64,000 nucleotides of DNA from Candidatus Latescibacterota bacterium (GCA_965261395.1 OZ253462.1:4416001-4480000), one strand, 5' to 3'. Counted from the stretch's first letter, positions 9,254 to 19,621 are shown. Made by a program: numbers and translations. Notes: generated from the sequence alone by a model not told the origin.

Positions 9254-11448
9254 CGGCTCTGCTGCTCGCAATAGAGTTGCAACTGGCGGAACACCTCGGC
9301 CATGGGCACGGCCTGCGTCCGCGTGGCGCGCGGAATCTGGCGACTCCAGCTCAGGACCAAATAGCGCCGCGCACGGGTAATGGCCACGTAGAGCAGCCGC
9401 AGCCGCTCGGCAATCACTTCCGCGTGGGAACGATCGGTGGCCGACAGTCGGCTCGACCCGATTTCGCCGATCAGGTCCAACAGCTCGGCCCGCGCATCCT
9501 CGCAAGGATCGCCGCCGAGAAACTCATACTCGCCAAAAAACCGCGCGTCGAGGTCGTGGGGAAACCAATCGCCATCCACCCCCATGACATAGACTAGATC
9601 CCACTCCATCCCCTTGGCCTTGTGCATGGTCGTCAGGAAAATCCGCCCAGGCTGAGGTACCAATGCGTCCTCTGCTTCGGCGAGGGCACCCGCCCGACCT
9701 TGCACGGCCTCGCTCAACTCGCGCATCAATTCGGGCAATTGCCAATCTGCGTTTTGGTCGGCACGAGTGCGCACATAAACCGCCAGTTGCTGCGCCCGCG
9801 CCATATCCTCTTCCTTCAGCAGATCTTGGGCGACCGTCATCAGGAGTTGATCTACCGGCAGCGCAACCGCTCGCAGCCAGCGCCGCAGATAGCCACACAG
9901 AAGGGTGATGGCCTCCAAATCCTGCGGCTCGATGCGATCCAGCGGAGGCAGGGCCGCTTCCATGCGCTGGCCGGCCTCTGGATAGAGCAGTGCTTCGGGT
10001 CGATAGCAACTGCGCAGCAACATGGCCACGGCCTCCTCATTTCCCGGCCCACTCGGCCCGGGCCAAAAGCCGACCAAGGCGCGATAGGCCCGCTCCAACT
10101 GGTTGCGCTGCAAAGGCTCGGCGAGAAAACCAAGCACCTCGCATAGGGCCTCGCCTACCCGCCGCGCCGAGCGCGGGCTTTGCAGCACCTCGTCGAAGTC
10201 CGCTCCGGCTTGGCGCAAGCGCTCGGCCATATCGTAGCCGATGCGATTGGTGGGCACCAGCACCGCCACCGTCAAGCTCGAATGGCGCTCGGCAAAACCC
10301 TTGGCCCGACGCGTGATGCTGTCGAATTCATCGTGGCGGTTGTTGTATTCGCGGAACCCTATAGCACTGTCGGCGTCCGCGGGGTTTTGCTGGGGATCGC
10401 CGCGATCGGTGGGCTGCATCTGCTGGGGTCGGAAAGCGCGCTGGCGCACCTCGGCCAGCGGGTGTTCGATTGCGGCCCACTCGACCAGAAAATTGGCCAA
10501 ATCCATGATCTTGGGGGCGCAGCGGCCAGAGATAGTCATCTCTGCGACCGCGACGTCTCCGCGCTCCAAGAAGTCGCGCAAATAGCGAGGATCAGCCGCG
10601 GTAAAGGTGCTCATAATCGCCTGATTGGGGTCGCCGACCCGGATCCAATTGCCACCCGGCCCCACCAACAGCGCGATCAGCTCCTCCTGCAAGGGGACGC
10701 TGTCTTGCGCCTCGTCCTCCAAGACGAAGGGCCAACGCCGCCGGTAGCGGCTGCACAAATCCGGGTATTGCTGCAACATCTCTACGGCCATCCATACCAA
10801 ATCGTCGAAGTCGAGGCCGCCGATGGTCTCGACTTGCTGCTGGTAGAGCCGGTAGATTTCCGCGCCGATCCGCAAAAACAGGTCGCCATCTTCCCGGCCG
10901 CCAATCCGCGCCAAGAGGTCCTCGGCCCGCAGCCGGCGGTTCTTGGCCGTGGTGATGACCGTGCGGGCCACTTTCCGCGCAATGTCGCGCCACTCCTGCT
11001 CCCACTGCTGATCCACGTATTCCCCAGGCCCCAACCGGCCCCACACCCCCTTGTTGTCGTCGTTCCAAGTCCGCACCGCCTTGTCGAGCAAACTCTCGCT
11101 GGCGCGCTCGTCGAGGACCATAAATTCGGCTGCGGCCCCCACCAGCCCGGGATTGGCTTGGACGATGCCGTAAGCCAAGCTGTGCAAGGTTCGCACGTCG
11201 TAGCCGACCTGGAGCATATCCATCTCTTGCAAGCGCTGGCCGATCCGGGCGCGGACATTGTCCACAGCCGCGTTTTGGTACGTCACGATCAGCACCTGCC
11301 CCCCCTCGGTGCGCCTCTCGGTGATCAGCCGAGTCGCCAAGGCGACAATCGTCGCGGTCTTACCGCTGCCGGGCACCGCTGACACGCCGAGCAGGCCACC
11401 TTGATAGGCCAAGATCTCGCGCTGTCCCGCGCGCGGCTCAAACCTCAC
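9250..11448 (-). CDS. UvrD/Rep-type SF1A DNA helicase
   Basis: AVPGSGKT, EDEAQD, VGDPNQAI, TMHKAKGMEWD, RLLYVAITRAR; GTG start overlaps upstream TGA. Confidence 0.9.
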   Translation of the reverse strand: MRFEPRAGQREILAYQGGLLGVSAVPGSGKTATIVALATRLITERRTEGGQVLIVTYQNAAVDNVRARIGQRLQEMDMLQVGYDVRTLHSLAYGIVQANPGLVGAAAEFMVLDERASESLLDKAVRTWNDDNKGVWGRLGPGEYVDQQWEQEWRDIARKVARTVITTAKNRRLRAEDLLARIGGREDGDLFLRIGAEIYRLYQQQVETIGGLDFDDLVWMAVEMLQQYPDLCSRYRRRWPFVLEDEAQDSVPLQEELIALLVGPGGNWIRVGDPNQAIMSTFTAADPRYLRDFLERGDVAVAEMTISGRCAPKIMDLANFLVEWAAIEHPLAEVRQRAFRPQQMQPTDRGDPQQNPADADSAIGFREYNNRHDEFDSITRRAKGFAERHSSLTVAVLVPTNRIGYDMAERLRQAGADFDEVLQSPRSARRVGEALCEVLGFLAEPLQRNQLERAYRALVGFWPGPSGPGNEEAVAMLLRSCYRPEALLYPEAGQRMEAALPPLDRIEPQDLEAITLLCGYLRRWLRAVALPVDQLLMTVAQDLLKEEDMARAQQLAVYVRTRADQNADWQLPELMRELSEAVQGRAGALAEAEDALVPQPGRIFLTTMHKAKGMEWDLVYVMGVDGDWFPHDLDARFFGEYEFLGGDPCEDARAELLDLIGEIGSSRLSATDRSHAEVIAERLRLLYVAITRARRYLVLSWSRQIPRATRTQAVPMAEVFRQLQLYCEQQSR

Positions 11449-13520
11449 CCGCGACCCTCCTGCAAGACCTGTTGCACCGCCATCATCAGCGGCCCGTCCT
11501 GTGCCGAGCCGCGGCCTCCTGAGTCGCTGGAGCAGAGATAAATCCCATCGCGGCAGCGCAGACACAGACCTCGCACCAAGCGGTAGAGGTTGCGGTTGCG
11601 GATCGAGTAATCCACGGCGTCGGTCCAGCGTTCCTCTCGGTTCCAGCGCCGGGTCAGCACGTAGTGGTTGGTCAAGGGCTGGTGCAGCGGCTCCCACCAA
11701 GTCGCCGAGCCAATGTCCAGCCAGAACTGGTAGCGCGCTACGTGACCGGAGAGCAAATAGGTATAGACCGGCGCAACGAGGGCAATCGACTCTGGAGCCT
11801 CGTCGAGATCGACATCGGTCAGGTATTGGGCGGCGACGACCCCGGACCATATCATCTCGACGTAGCGCTGGCCAATGGCTGCGCCCTCTAGCGCCATAGC
11901 CGGAGCCACCTCGCGGAATGAGGCGGCCGAGGCAATCAGCTTGCTGTACACCTCGGCATCTTCGGGCTCCAGCGCGGCGTGCGACAGCACCTCCCCGAAG
12001 AGCCGGCGCAAAAAGTGGTCCCAAGGGTCGGCCGCGCCGCCGCGATACGCCTCGATCCAGATGCGTAGGGCCTCGTAGCGGTCGAGCGCAGCCCGGCCCA
12101 TCCGCTCGCCCATAGCATTATTTAACGCGCGCGCGAGTTTGAGCTGGCCCGAGCGCGGGTCGTACAAATGCCGCGCCATCAGTTCGGCCCGCAGCCGGTC
12201 GAGGGGTTTGAGCGCCCGCTCCAACACCCCAGACAAATCAAAGAGCGAGAGCCGTTGTCCCCAATCGGGATGGGCGAGAATGGCCAGCGCCAGACAGGCG
12301 CGCACCACCGGCTCTTCGCGCAGTGTCTCATAGCGCCGCACGATCGCAAAGGGGATGTCGGCGGCGCGAAAGGTCTCAGACAAGAGGAAGCGCAATACCC
12401 CGTCGGCGTGTGGAGCCACGACTGCGATTTCGCCCGGGGCCACACCCTCGGCGATCTTCTGCACGATCCGTTGGGCCACGGCCTCGATCATCTGCCCTCG
12501 GTAGCGAGCCTGCACTACATCCACCACAGCCTCCCGAGGTGACCCTCCCGAGGCTCCGTCAGTTGCCTGGCCCAACTTCGCGCCGATGCGGTCGGCAAAG
12601 GCCACCATGTTCCGGGTGGCACACGCCTCCGGAGCCACTGCAATCGTCTCCTTGCACTGCTGCTGTAGCTCCGTGGCACCAGGCGCATCAACGCCTAAAA
12701 AGATGCGGAAGCCAGCTTGTGCGTCCCCGCCCAACAGGGCCGAGTCGCACCTAGGCAAGAGCCGCCCCACCAGATCGCCGGCCACTGGCACTAGTTCCTC
12801 GGCCGAGTCAACCAAGAGGTGGCGATAGCGCTCGGTGAAGTAGCGCCAGAATTCTTCCTGCGCGATTAGGTGGCGGTTACAGACCTCAAAGACCAGCGAC
12901 GCGTCGAGCAACCCGTGCCGCAGGCAGTGACTGCGGTAGCGGTCGATACACGTCTGCACCTGCTCGTACACGCGCAGCCGCTGCTCTTCCCCGGCCCAAG
13001 CGCGGCTCAGGCGCGGTGCCACCTCCGCGAGCGCGAAATCCGCTACCGCCGCCTTGTTCAAATTGTCGAGCAATTGGGAGAGAATGCGCTGGGGCCGCAG
13101 GTACAGGCCCTCGAAATAACCCTCGGCGAGCAGCGGCTCGGCCACCTGCCCCATCAGGTATTGAGCGGCCTCGTAGTTGAGGAAAACCGGCGGCCGCGCT
13201 GGTGCGGCAAAGCCGGCCTTGCCAGCCACCAGCGGCCAAAACAGTCGCACCAACCGACTCGCCAGCCCGTAGTACGTCTGTAGATCGACGGTGCTATACG
13301 GCCCCAAGTCGAGCCGATCCACTGCTTGGTGAAAGCGCCGCGTAGTCGCCCGATCGGGTAACAGCACCAAGATCGCGTACCCGGGCACCCCGGCTGCGAG
13401 CAAGACTCGCAGCCGCTCGATCAGGGCCTGCCGCTGCCCCGCTACGAGCGGCCCGGCGAGAAAGCAAGAATGCCGTTCGAATAGAGGGGCGTGCACCGCC
13501 CTAGCAAATTCTGGAACCAT
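11445..13520 (-). CDS. Helicase-like protein with degenerate Walker motifs
   Basis: UvrD-like layout (ILVLLP, LQTYYG, YRHLLVDSAEE, EIAVVAP) but Walker A reads AGPLVAGQRQ. Confidence 0.65.
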   Translation of the reverse strand: MVPEFARAVHAPLFERHSCFLAGPLVAGQRQALIERLRVLLAAGVPGYAILVLLPDRATTRRFHQAVDRLDLGPYSTVDLQTYYGLASRLVRLFWPLVAGKAGFAAPARPPVFLNYEAAQYLMGQVAEPLLAEGYFEGLYLRPQRILSQLLDNLNKAAVADFALAEVAPRLSRAWAGEEQRLRVYEQVQTCIDRYRSHCLRHGLLDASLVFEVCNRHLIAQEEFWRYFTERYRHLLVDSAEELVPVAGDLVGRLLPRCDSALLGGDAQAGFRIFLGVDAPGATELQQQCKETIAVAPEACATRNMVAFADRIGAKLGQATDGASGGSPREAVVDVVQARYRGQMIEAVAQRIVQKIAEGVAPGEIAVVAPHADGVLRFLLSETFRAADIPFAIVRRYETLREEPVVRACLALAILAHPDWGQRLSLFDLSGVLERALKPLDRLRAELMARHLYDPRSGQLKLARALNNAMGERMGRAALDRYEALRIWIEAYRGGAADPWDHFLRRLFGEVLSHAALEPEDAEVYSKLIASAASFREVAPAMALEGAAIGQRYVEMIWSGVVAAQYLTDVDLDEAPESIALVAPVYTYLLSGHVARYQFWLDIGSATWWEPLHQPLTNHYVLTRRWNREERWTDAVDYSIRNRNLYRLVRGLCLRCRDGIYLCSSDSGGRGSAQDGPLMMAVQQVLQEGRG

Positions 13521-13536
13521 GACTTTTGCGCGGCGC

Positions 13537-14001
13537 TCAGCCCAGGAGTGGGTTGCGCGTGAAAATATCGACGACCTCGGCCGCATCAGTCACTTGCAGC
13601 AAGCGCTGGCGCACTTCCTCTTGCTGCAAGCGCTGCGACAGAGCCGCCAGCAGCGCCATGTGCTGTTTTTGGTGTTTCTGGGGCGTGACCAACAGTGCGA
13701 TGATGTGGACGGGCTGGCCGTCAATCGCGTCAAAGTCAATGCCGACCTGCGAGATGCCGATGGCTAAGAGCTGACGCTGGATCCCGTCCTCGTGTGCGTG
13801 GGGTATGGCTACGCCCTTGCCAATGCCCGTAGAGGCCTGTTGCTCGCGCCGAATCAAGGACGCGAGCAAGCGCTTCTGGTCGGGCACGGCGACGTCTTGC
13901 CACAGCACGGTGGCCAATTCGCGGATGGCATCGAAGTTGCGCTGCGCCGTGAGGTTCAAAACGACCTTCTTCGGATCGAGTATGCGTCTTAATTTTTCCA
14001 T
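13537..14001 (-). CDS. PTS IIA domain protein (PtsN/fructose-type)
   Basis: REQQASTGIGKGVAIPH, GIDFDAIDGQPVHII. Confidence 0.9.
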   Translation of the reverse strand: MEKLRRILDPKKVVLNLTAQRNFDAIRELATVLWQDVAVPDQKRLLASLIRREQQASTGIGKGVAIPHAHEDGIQRQLLAIGISQVGIDFDAIDGQPVHIIALLVTPQKHQKQHMALLAALSQRLQQEEVRQRLLQVTDAAEVVDIFTRNPLLG

Positions 14002-14052
14002 AGCGACCCTCGAAGGCGTTAAAGGGGAAGCAGCCACAACTTATATACCCCA

Positions 14053-15897
14053 TCAAGGCCCCCGCTGCAACTCGCCTGCTTTTTTGTTCCAGCGACGCGC
14101 TTCGTCATAGCGACCCTGTTCTCGCTCGATACGCGCCATCAAGCGATAGGGCATAGGCCGCCAAGGGTCGATGGCCGCCGCGGCCGCCACATGGTCCATA
14201 GCGCGATCCAACTCGCCAACTTCAAACAGTTTAAGCGCCGCGTTAAAGCGCGTGGTGCGCGAGTCGAAAGCAATAGTCGCCGCTTGCTCGTACGCGACCG
14301 TAGCCCCGGCCCGATCCCCAGCCCACAGGCGCTCCTCGCCGGCCATAAAATAGTAATTGCTCTGGATCTTTCGCACCCACGGGTCGCGGAAAAAGCCCGT
14401 GGCCAACGCATTGCCCATCTCGATCTGCGGGGCGACCCCAGTGTTGTCGTCGGGTGCTTGCAGGCGATAGACCAAGCCTGCAGGCACAAACACCCACTCC
14501 GCCAGCGGCGAGCGGCGCGGCACAAAATAAAAAAGGGGCCGCCCGCTTTGGGCCAAGGCGGCCTCGCGCCGCCAGCGCAGACGCTCCCGCCTCAGCTGTG
14601 GCAGCGCTTGCTCGCTCCAGCCGAGCACATCCGTCCCTCGTCCCATGCGGTTGTACAGGGTCACATCCGGGCGCAAGCCCTCTATCCTCAACAGGTAGTC
14701 GAGCACAAAGGCCGCATCGTCCCCCTCGGTAATCAGGATCGCGCCCTCGGGCAAGTCGGCGAGAACGTCGCGACCATAGCGGTCGGCGACCCAATTTTCG
14801 CTGCGGTCGGATTCCTCGTAGTGCGTAGTTAGTACCAAGGCGACGACGAGCGCGGCGACTGGGATCGAGACGGCCGGCCGCACCCGACTAGCCAACGCGT
14901 CCAACCCCATGCCCAACCACACCGCCAAGCCCACTATGCTGAGCAGGTAAAACACCGGTAGGCCATTGGGGTCGCGGTGGTAGTTGAGCGCGGCGATTAA
15001 ATTGCAGGCGATTGCCCCCCCAACCAAGACAAATGCACTGCGATCGCGACGCCAAGCCACCCAGCCACCCCAAGCGACCAACGGCACTAATGTGAAGTGG
15101 AACTCGCCCGCGGCCTGCTCTAGCCAGCGCTGGGCGTTGAGCAGCATGCCCTCTAAGGGCAAGGAAAAAAACGACGAGCGATACAGCGCGCCGCTCAAGT
15201 GCTGCCACAGGGCCTCTAGGTCGTCGAGCGGCCCCCAGTGAAACCCCGCGCCCCGGCCATTGCGCAGCGGCAGGTACGCCACCAAGCTGTACCCCCCCAG
15301 CGCAGCGAGTACCCCCTGTGCCAGCAACAAGGGCCGCCGCCAAAGCGCAGGCCAGCGCCAAGCCAAGACCGCGACCACGCCCGGCCAGACGAGTACCTGC
15401 ATTAAGTGAGCCGTGAGTCCCAAGCCCATCAGCCAACCCAAAAGGAGCACTTGGCGCGGCTCCTTGCTCTCACACGCTCTAAGGGTCTGGGCCAGCACCA
15501 AGACCACCAGCAACAAGGCCAAGCCATAAACTTCGGCGATGACGGCTTGGGACCAAAAGGTGCGCGAAAACGCCAGCGCTAAGGCCGCGGCCAAGGCGAC
15601 CACGGGCCGCACCCCGCGCCCGTAGAGCACAGCCGCCAAGGCTCCGCAACAGGCGGCGGCAAACAGGGCCGACGCAGCATTGACCGCCACGGCCGGACTA
15701 ACCCACGGTAGCGCCAGCGCGAGCAAGCGGCTGCTAAGGCAGAACAAGGGATACCCAGTCGGATGCGCCGTTCCCAACCCATAGGCCGCACCGATCAACT
15801 CACCGCTCCCCTCTACGTACACGGTCGGGCACAGCGTCGTCCCATAGACCACGAGCGCGGCAACCCCTGCAGCCAGCCCGATGATCCCGGCCGTCAC
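14053..15897 (-). CDS. DUF2723/TMEM260-like GT-C membrane protein with C-terminal TPR-like repeats
   Basis: SGELI..A..LG..HPTGYPL, FWSQAVIAEVY motifs; many TM helices. Confidence 0.8.
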   Translation of the reverse strand: MTAGIIGLAAGVAALVVYGTTLCPTVYVEGSGELIGAAYGLGTAHPTGYPLFCLSSRLLALALPWVSPAVAVNAASALFAAACCGALAAVLYGRGVRPVVALAAALALAFSRTFWSQAVIAEVYGLALLLVVLVLAQTLRACESKEPRQVLLLGWLMGLGLTAHLMQVLVWPGVVAVLAWRWPALWRRPLLLAQGVLAALGGYSLVAYLPLRNGRGAGFHWGPLDDLEALWQHLSGALYRSSFFSLPLEGMLLNAQRWLEQAAGEFHFTLVPLVAWGGWVAWRRDRSAFVLVGGAIACNLIAALNYHRDPNGLPVFYLLSIVGLAVWLGMGLDALASRVRPAVSIPVAALVVALVLTTHYEESDRSENWVADRYGRDVLADLPEGAILITEGDDAAFVLDYLLRIEGLRPDVTLYNRMGRGTDVLGWSEQALPQLRRERLRWRREAALAQSGRPLFYFVPRRSPLAEWVFVPAGLVYRLQAPDDNTGVAPQIEMGNALATGFFRDPWVRKIQSNYYFMAGEERLWAGDRAGATVAYEQAATIAFDSRTTRFNAALKLFEVGELDRAMDHVAAAAAIDPWRPMPYRLMARIEREQGRYDEARRWNKKAGELQRGP

Positions 15898-18257
15898 GAC
15901 CCCACTCCCAGCCGCAGACGTTCAAGCCACCCACTCCACAAAGGCCCCTGCGTGGCTATTGCGTGGATCACGACGATCAAGACTCCCAGCACGGCCCGGA
16001 CCTTCCACTGCGCTCCCACGTCCGCTGGCATATTCTCCACCGGCGGCAAGATCAGCCGCCGACCGCCCCAAGCCAGACCCAACCAAAGCGCGACTGCGGC
16101 CACGCTGATCAGCAAGCCATAGCGGAAACTATCCGGCTCATACGAAAAGACGACCTCGCGTGCCCCGGCCGGAACCACTACGGCGCGGAATACGTGATTA
16201 GCGCGGAGGATCGGGCGCTCGACCCCATCGACAAAGGCCCGCCAGCCCGGGTAGTGGGTATCGCTCAAGACCAAAATTCCCCCGGCTGAATCGGTGAGGG
16301 CCACGGCAACTTTTTCGTCCTCGTAGCGAACGATCCGCGCCGCGCCGCCTGGCCCAACCGAGGCGGTCGGCGCTTCCTCCAAGACGACTTCGCGCTGCAT
16401 GGGAAACCCTCGCGCCATATAACTCAGCCCGGCCCGAGGACTAGTGGCGAGGTGGTATTGGCCCACCGCGTACGCACGGGGCAAGACCGTAGGCAGGCGC
16501 TGTACGTCCATGTCTCCACCTCGGTCGTAGCGCACTGAGTATTCCACGCCAGCCAAGGCGGCAAACGCCGGATAGCCGCGGGCGAATTCCCCGTGGCGAT
16601 ACAGGTGTAGCGGGCTCCATCCCGGCAGCGCGTTGGCTATCCCGTACAGCCCCCCCGAATACATCCGCAAGGTCTCGTTATAACGCCTATAGGACTCCAA
16701 GTCATAGGCCCATCCCCCGTGCCAATCAAATGGCGAGTTCCGCTCGGAGACCAAGCTGATGATCCGCGGCGGCGCAGCGGCCGTGTGGTCGGCCAAAATC
16801 TCGCGGGCCGTCGCCGGAGTCTCGGTGTAAGCGGCCGGCTCTATCGTGCCGTTAAAGTCTACGCCAAAGCTGTACAGCTCGACAAAAATGACTACGGGCG
16901 CAGCCCACGCTGCGGCCCGCCGCGCCCGCCGGCCGAGCAGCCACGCGCCGATTGCCAACGCCCCTACGAGTCGCAGGCCGTCGCCGCGCAAGTGGTGGAT
17001 GTAGCGCGCAGATTCTGAGCCGTCGGCAAAGAGCGCGACTCCGCTGGCCCACAGCAGGCCAGCACTGGCCACGCCGAGGATTGCAGCCAACAGCCAGCCA
17101 TTTGCGGGCCGTTGCCGCTGGCGGCGCAACACTTGGTCGAGGCCAAGACCGCAGAGTACGGATGCCCCCACGGCAAACCACAACAAAAGGCGCGTCGGGA
17201 TGCGAAACAGGCTAAACCCCGGAATTTCATAAAAAAAGGAAAAGATGGCCGTGTATTTGCCTAGCGCGAGCACCAACCCGACGAGGGCGAGCGCGGCAAA
17301 AAAACCGACTTGGGCGTCCCGTCGCTCGCGCAGGGCCGCCCAAGCCAAAAATAGCGGCACCACGCCGACGTAGGCGCAGAGCTGGATGAAGAAGCCCACC
17401 TCCCGGCTCCCGTACGTGCCGTGGGCCGAATTGCCAAAGAAGTTGGGCCACAACAAGGTAGCCAGCCGCTCGGGCGGCAGCGACATCGCGACAAAGCTGG
17501 CCCACGACAAGCCAGCGCCGCGGTTGGATAGCTGCACCAATTCGGCGGTAGGTACTAGCTGGACCGCGGCTAGGGCCGCACCCAGCACGAGTGCGCCAGC
17601 CAGCGCCAGCCAAGCGACCCATTCCGCGCCCTGAACCCAACTCCGATAGAGCCAGTAGCCCGCGACCGCGACGGCCCCGTACAGGGCGGCTTGGGGGTGG
17701 CCAGCCAGCAGTTGCAAGCAAATCACCAACGCAAAGAGCAGTACGTAAAAAAAGTGCCCCCGGTTCAGGATGCGATCGACGAGCCAAAACAGTAGTGGCA
17801 ACCAAGCGCATACGTCGATGAAGTTGGGCGACATGGCCCGCACGACCATGTAGCCACTCAGGGCGTAGCAAAGCCCGGCGCACAGCGCGGCCGGGCGCAC
17901 CGCGCCAAAAGCGCGCACTAGCGCGTACATGCCTGCACTGGCCAACCACAGATGTAAAACAATGTTCCAGTTCAGTGCAGCCCAAGTGGGCAGGAACAAC
18001 GCCAAAATTACATTGGGCGGATACAGCGGTCCGGCCTGGCCTTCGGCAAACAGGGGGAAGCCGCAGTTGATGGCCGCATTCCACAGCGGCAATTGGCCTT
18101 CGCGGAGGGCGCGGGCGAAAAAATCGCGAAACGGGTGGTTTTGCACCATCACGTCCTGCACGAAAAACGCCCCCTCTAGCACCGCAGCCGGCCAAAAGAA
18201 AATGGCGACCGCCGCCCCGAGCAGCCCCACCGCACCCAGATCCTTGCGCCACTCCAC
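15894..18257 (-). CDS. YfhO-family GT-C membrane protein
   Basis: GQLPLWN...GFPLFAE...LYPPN; LLAGHPQ; C-terminal LVLSDTHYPGWRAFVDG...RANHVFRAV. Confidence 0.85.
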   Translation of the reverse strand: MEWRKDLGAVGLLGAAVAIFFWPAAVLEGAFFVQDVMVQNHPFRDFFARALREGQLPLWNAAINCGFPLFAEGQAGPLYPPNVILALFLPTWAALNWNIVLHLWLASAGMYALVRAFGAVRPAALCAGLCYALSGYMVVRAMSPNFIDVCAWLPLLFWLVDRILNRGHFFYVLLFALVICLQLLAGHPQAALYGAVAVAGYWLYRSWVQGAEWVAWLALAGALVLGAALAAVQLVPTAELVQLSNRGAGLSWASFVAMSLPPERLATLLWPNFFGNSAHGTYGSREVGFFIQLCAYVGVVPLFLAWAALRERRDAQVGFFAALALVGLVLALGKYTAIFSFFYEIPGFSLFRIPTRLLLWFAVGASVLCGLGLDQVLRRQRQRPANGWLLAAILGVASAGLLWASGVALFADGSESARYIHHLRGDGLRLVGALAIGAWLLGRRARRAAAWAAPVVIFVELYSFGVDFNGTIEPAAYTETPATAREILADHTAAAPPRIISLVSERNSPFDWHGGWAYDLESYRRYNETLRMYSGGLYGIANALPGWSPLHLYRHGEFARGYPAFAALAGVEYSVRYDRGGDMDVQRLPTVLPRAYAVGQYHLATSPRAGLSYMARGFPMQREVVLEEAPTASVGPGGAARIVRYEDEKVAVALTDSAGGILVLSDTHYPGWRAFVDGVERPILRANHVFRAVVVPAGAREVVFSYEPDSFRYGLLISVAAVALWLGLAWGGRRLILPPVENMPADVGAQWKVRAVLGVLIVVIHAIATQGPLWSGWLERLRLGVGS

Positions 18258-18260
18258 GAG

Positions 18261-19382
18261 CTAGTGCCGCCGCAGATGCGCGCAGAGCCGCTCGGCCGCC
18301 AAGGCGTGGCCGGCCGCGTTCCAGTGGCTATCGCGCCAATACAGGGTCTGGGTTTGGGCCTGTTCCCTGAACTCGTCGAGCAAGTCTATCAGCACCAATC
18401 CATGCTGCTCGGCAAAACCAGCTAGCTTGGCATTGGGCTTGCTCAGGTCGAACTCGCCGATCAGGCCGTACAGCTCGCGCTTGGCGCTCCAGTTGTCCTC
18501 TTCTACTTGGACGATCGACGGCACGTACACGACGGTCAGGCGCGCGCCGTGCTGCTCAACGCTGCGCTTAAAGGCCGCGAGGATGCGGCCCGTCAGCTCC
18601 CAGGCCGGGGCAAAGCGCGCGTCCGCGCCGTACAGGCCCGCGTAAAAATCCTGCTGCTGCCCGCGCGGCACCTCCGGCTGCCACGCCTTTTGCACCAGCC
18701 GGTACAAGTGCCAGTGCTGTGAGAAATAGCGCTGCAATCGCGCCGCGAGGGGCAACGAGTCTGCGGGTTGTCGCCAAAAGCTCGATTCCTTTACCGGGAC
18801 GCCTGCGAGTGCGAGCCGCCCGTTGCCTCGCACCCGGAAGTAGGGCTTAAAGCCCCGCTCGGCACCAATGCCGCGGCGCGAAGCATTGTTCCACAGGTCG
18901 TTGCCGTAAAAAAAGAGCACCACCTCATCGGCCCCAAAGCGCGACCCTTGTTGTTCGAAAAACAGCAGCGCTTGGTCGGTGCCGTAACCAGCCACCCCGA
19001 AGTTGGCCACCTCCACCGCAGCCCCCTCCCGCCGGAGGCAGGTTTCGAGTTGACGGCTGACCGCGGCCTCTATGGGGACGCCCCACCCTTCGACAAACGA
19101 GTCGCCAAACAGGGCCACGCGACGGAAGCCCACTCCCTTGGTGTCGGCGAACTCGCGATCGCGCAAGCCGATGCTATTGATCCGCATTTCCACGTCGAAT
19201 TCCGGGGTGACCAAGCGGCCGACGCGGTCCGGGATGTGGCTCCAACCCAGCTCGGGGTCGTAGCGCCAGACGGGAGGCCGACGGAAGAGCTGCGGGTGCA
19301 AGAAGCTCAACGCCAGTTCACACAGCGCGATTCCGAGGACTAAGCTGACCAGTGCGAGGGCTATCTTGGGCGCGTAGCGCAT
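18261..19382 (-). CDS. SGNH/GDSL hydrolase (AlgX/AlgJ-like), membrane anchored
   Basis: GDSF, NFGVAGYGTDQ, GND, DSHWN blocks. Confidence 0.85.
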   Translation of the reverse strand: MRYAPKIALALVSLVLGIALCELALSFLHPQLFRRPPVWRYDPELGWSHIPDRVGRLVTPEFDVEMRINSIGLRDREFADTKGVGFRRVALFGDSFVEGWGVPIEAAVSRQLETCLRREGAAVEVANFGVAGYGTDQALLFFEQQGSRFGADEVVLFFYGNDLWNNASRRGIGAERGFKPYFRVRGNGRLALAGVPVKESSFWRQPADSLPLAARLQRYFSQHWHLYRLVQKAWQPEVPRGQQQDFYAGLYGADARFAPAWELTGRILAAFKRSVEQHGARLTVVYVPSIVQVEEDNWSAKRELYGLIGEFDLSKPNAKLAGFAEQHGLVLIDLLDEFREQAQTQTLYWRDSHWNAAGHALAAERLCAHLRRH

Positions 19383-19621
19383 TCTCCGTTTCGTCCGTTC
19401 AATATTTATTGTGATCCCTCAAAATCCACACAACACTGATTTGCTGTCAACCGCGACGCACTTGGCCGGGATACCGCGCCTCATCTATATTGCACCGGCA
19501 CATGACGAGATGCTCACGAACCTCTTCAACAAGATCAAGGACAATACGAGCGTGGATATTACCGCCACCAGCGTAGTAAACAACCCCGTAAACGCAATGG
19601 TACCCTAACCTAGAACTAATT

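Noticed and set aside
9250-12024. 924-aa helicase as given in the ORF track
   Set aside because: First 192 codons overlap the upstream gene and read as shadow sequence; GTG 11448 gives a clean coupled start. Similar extensions were trimmed for other ORFs
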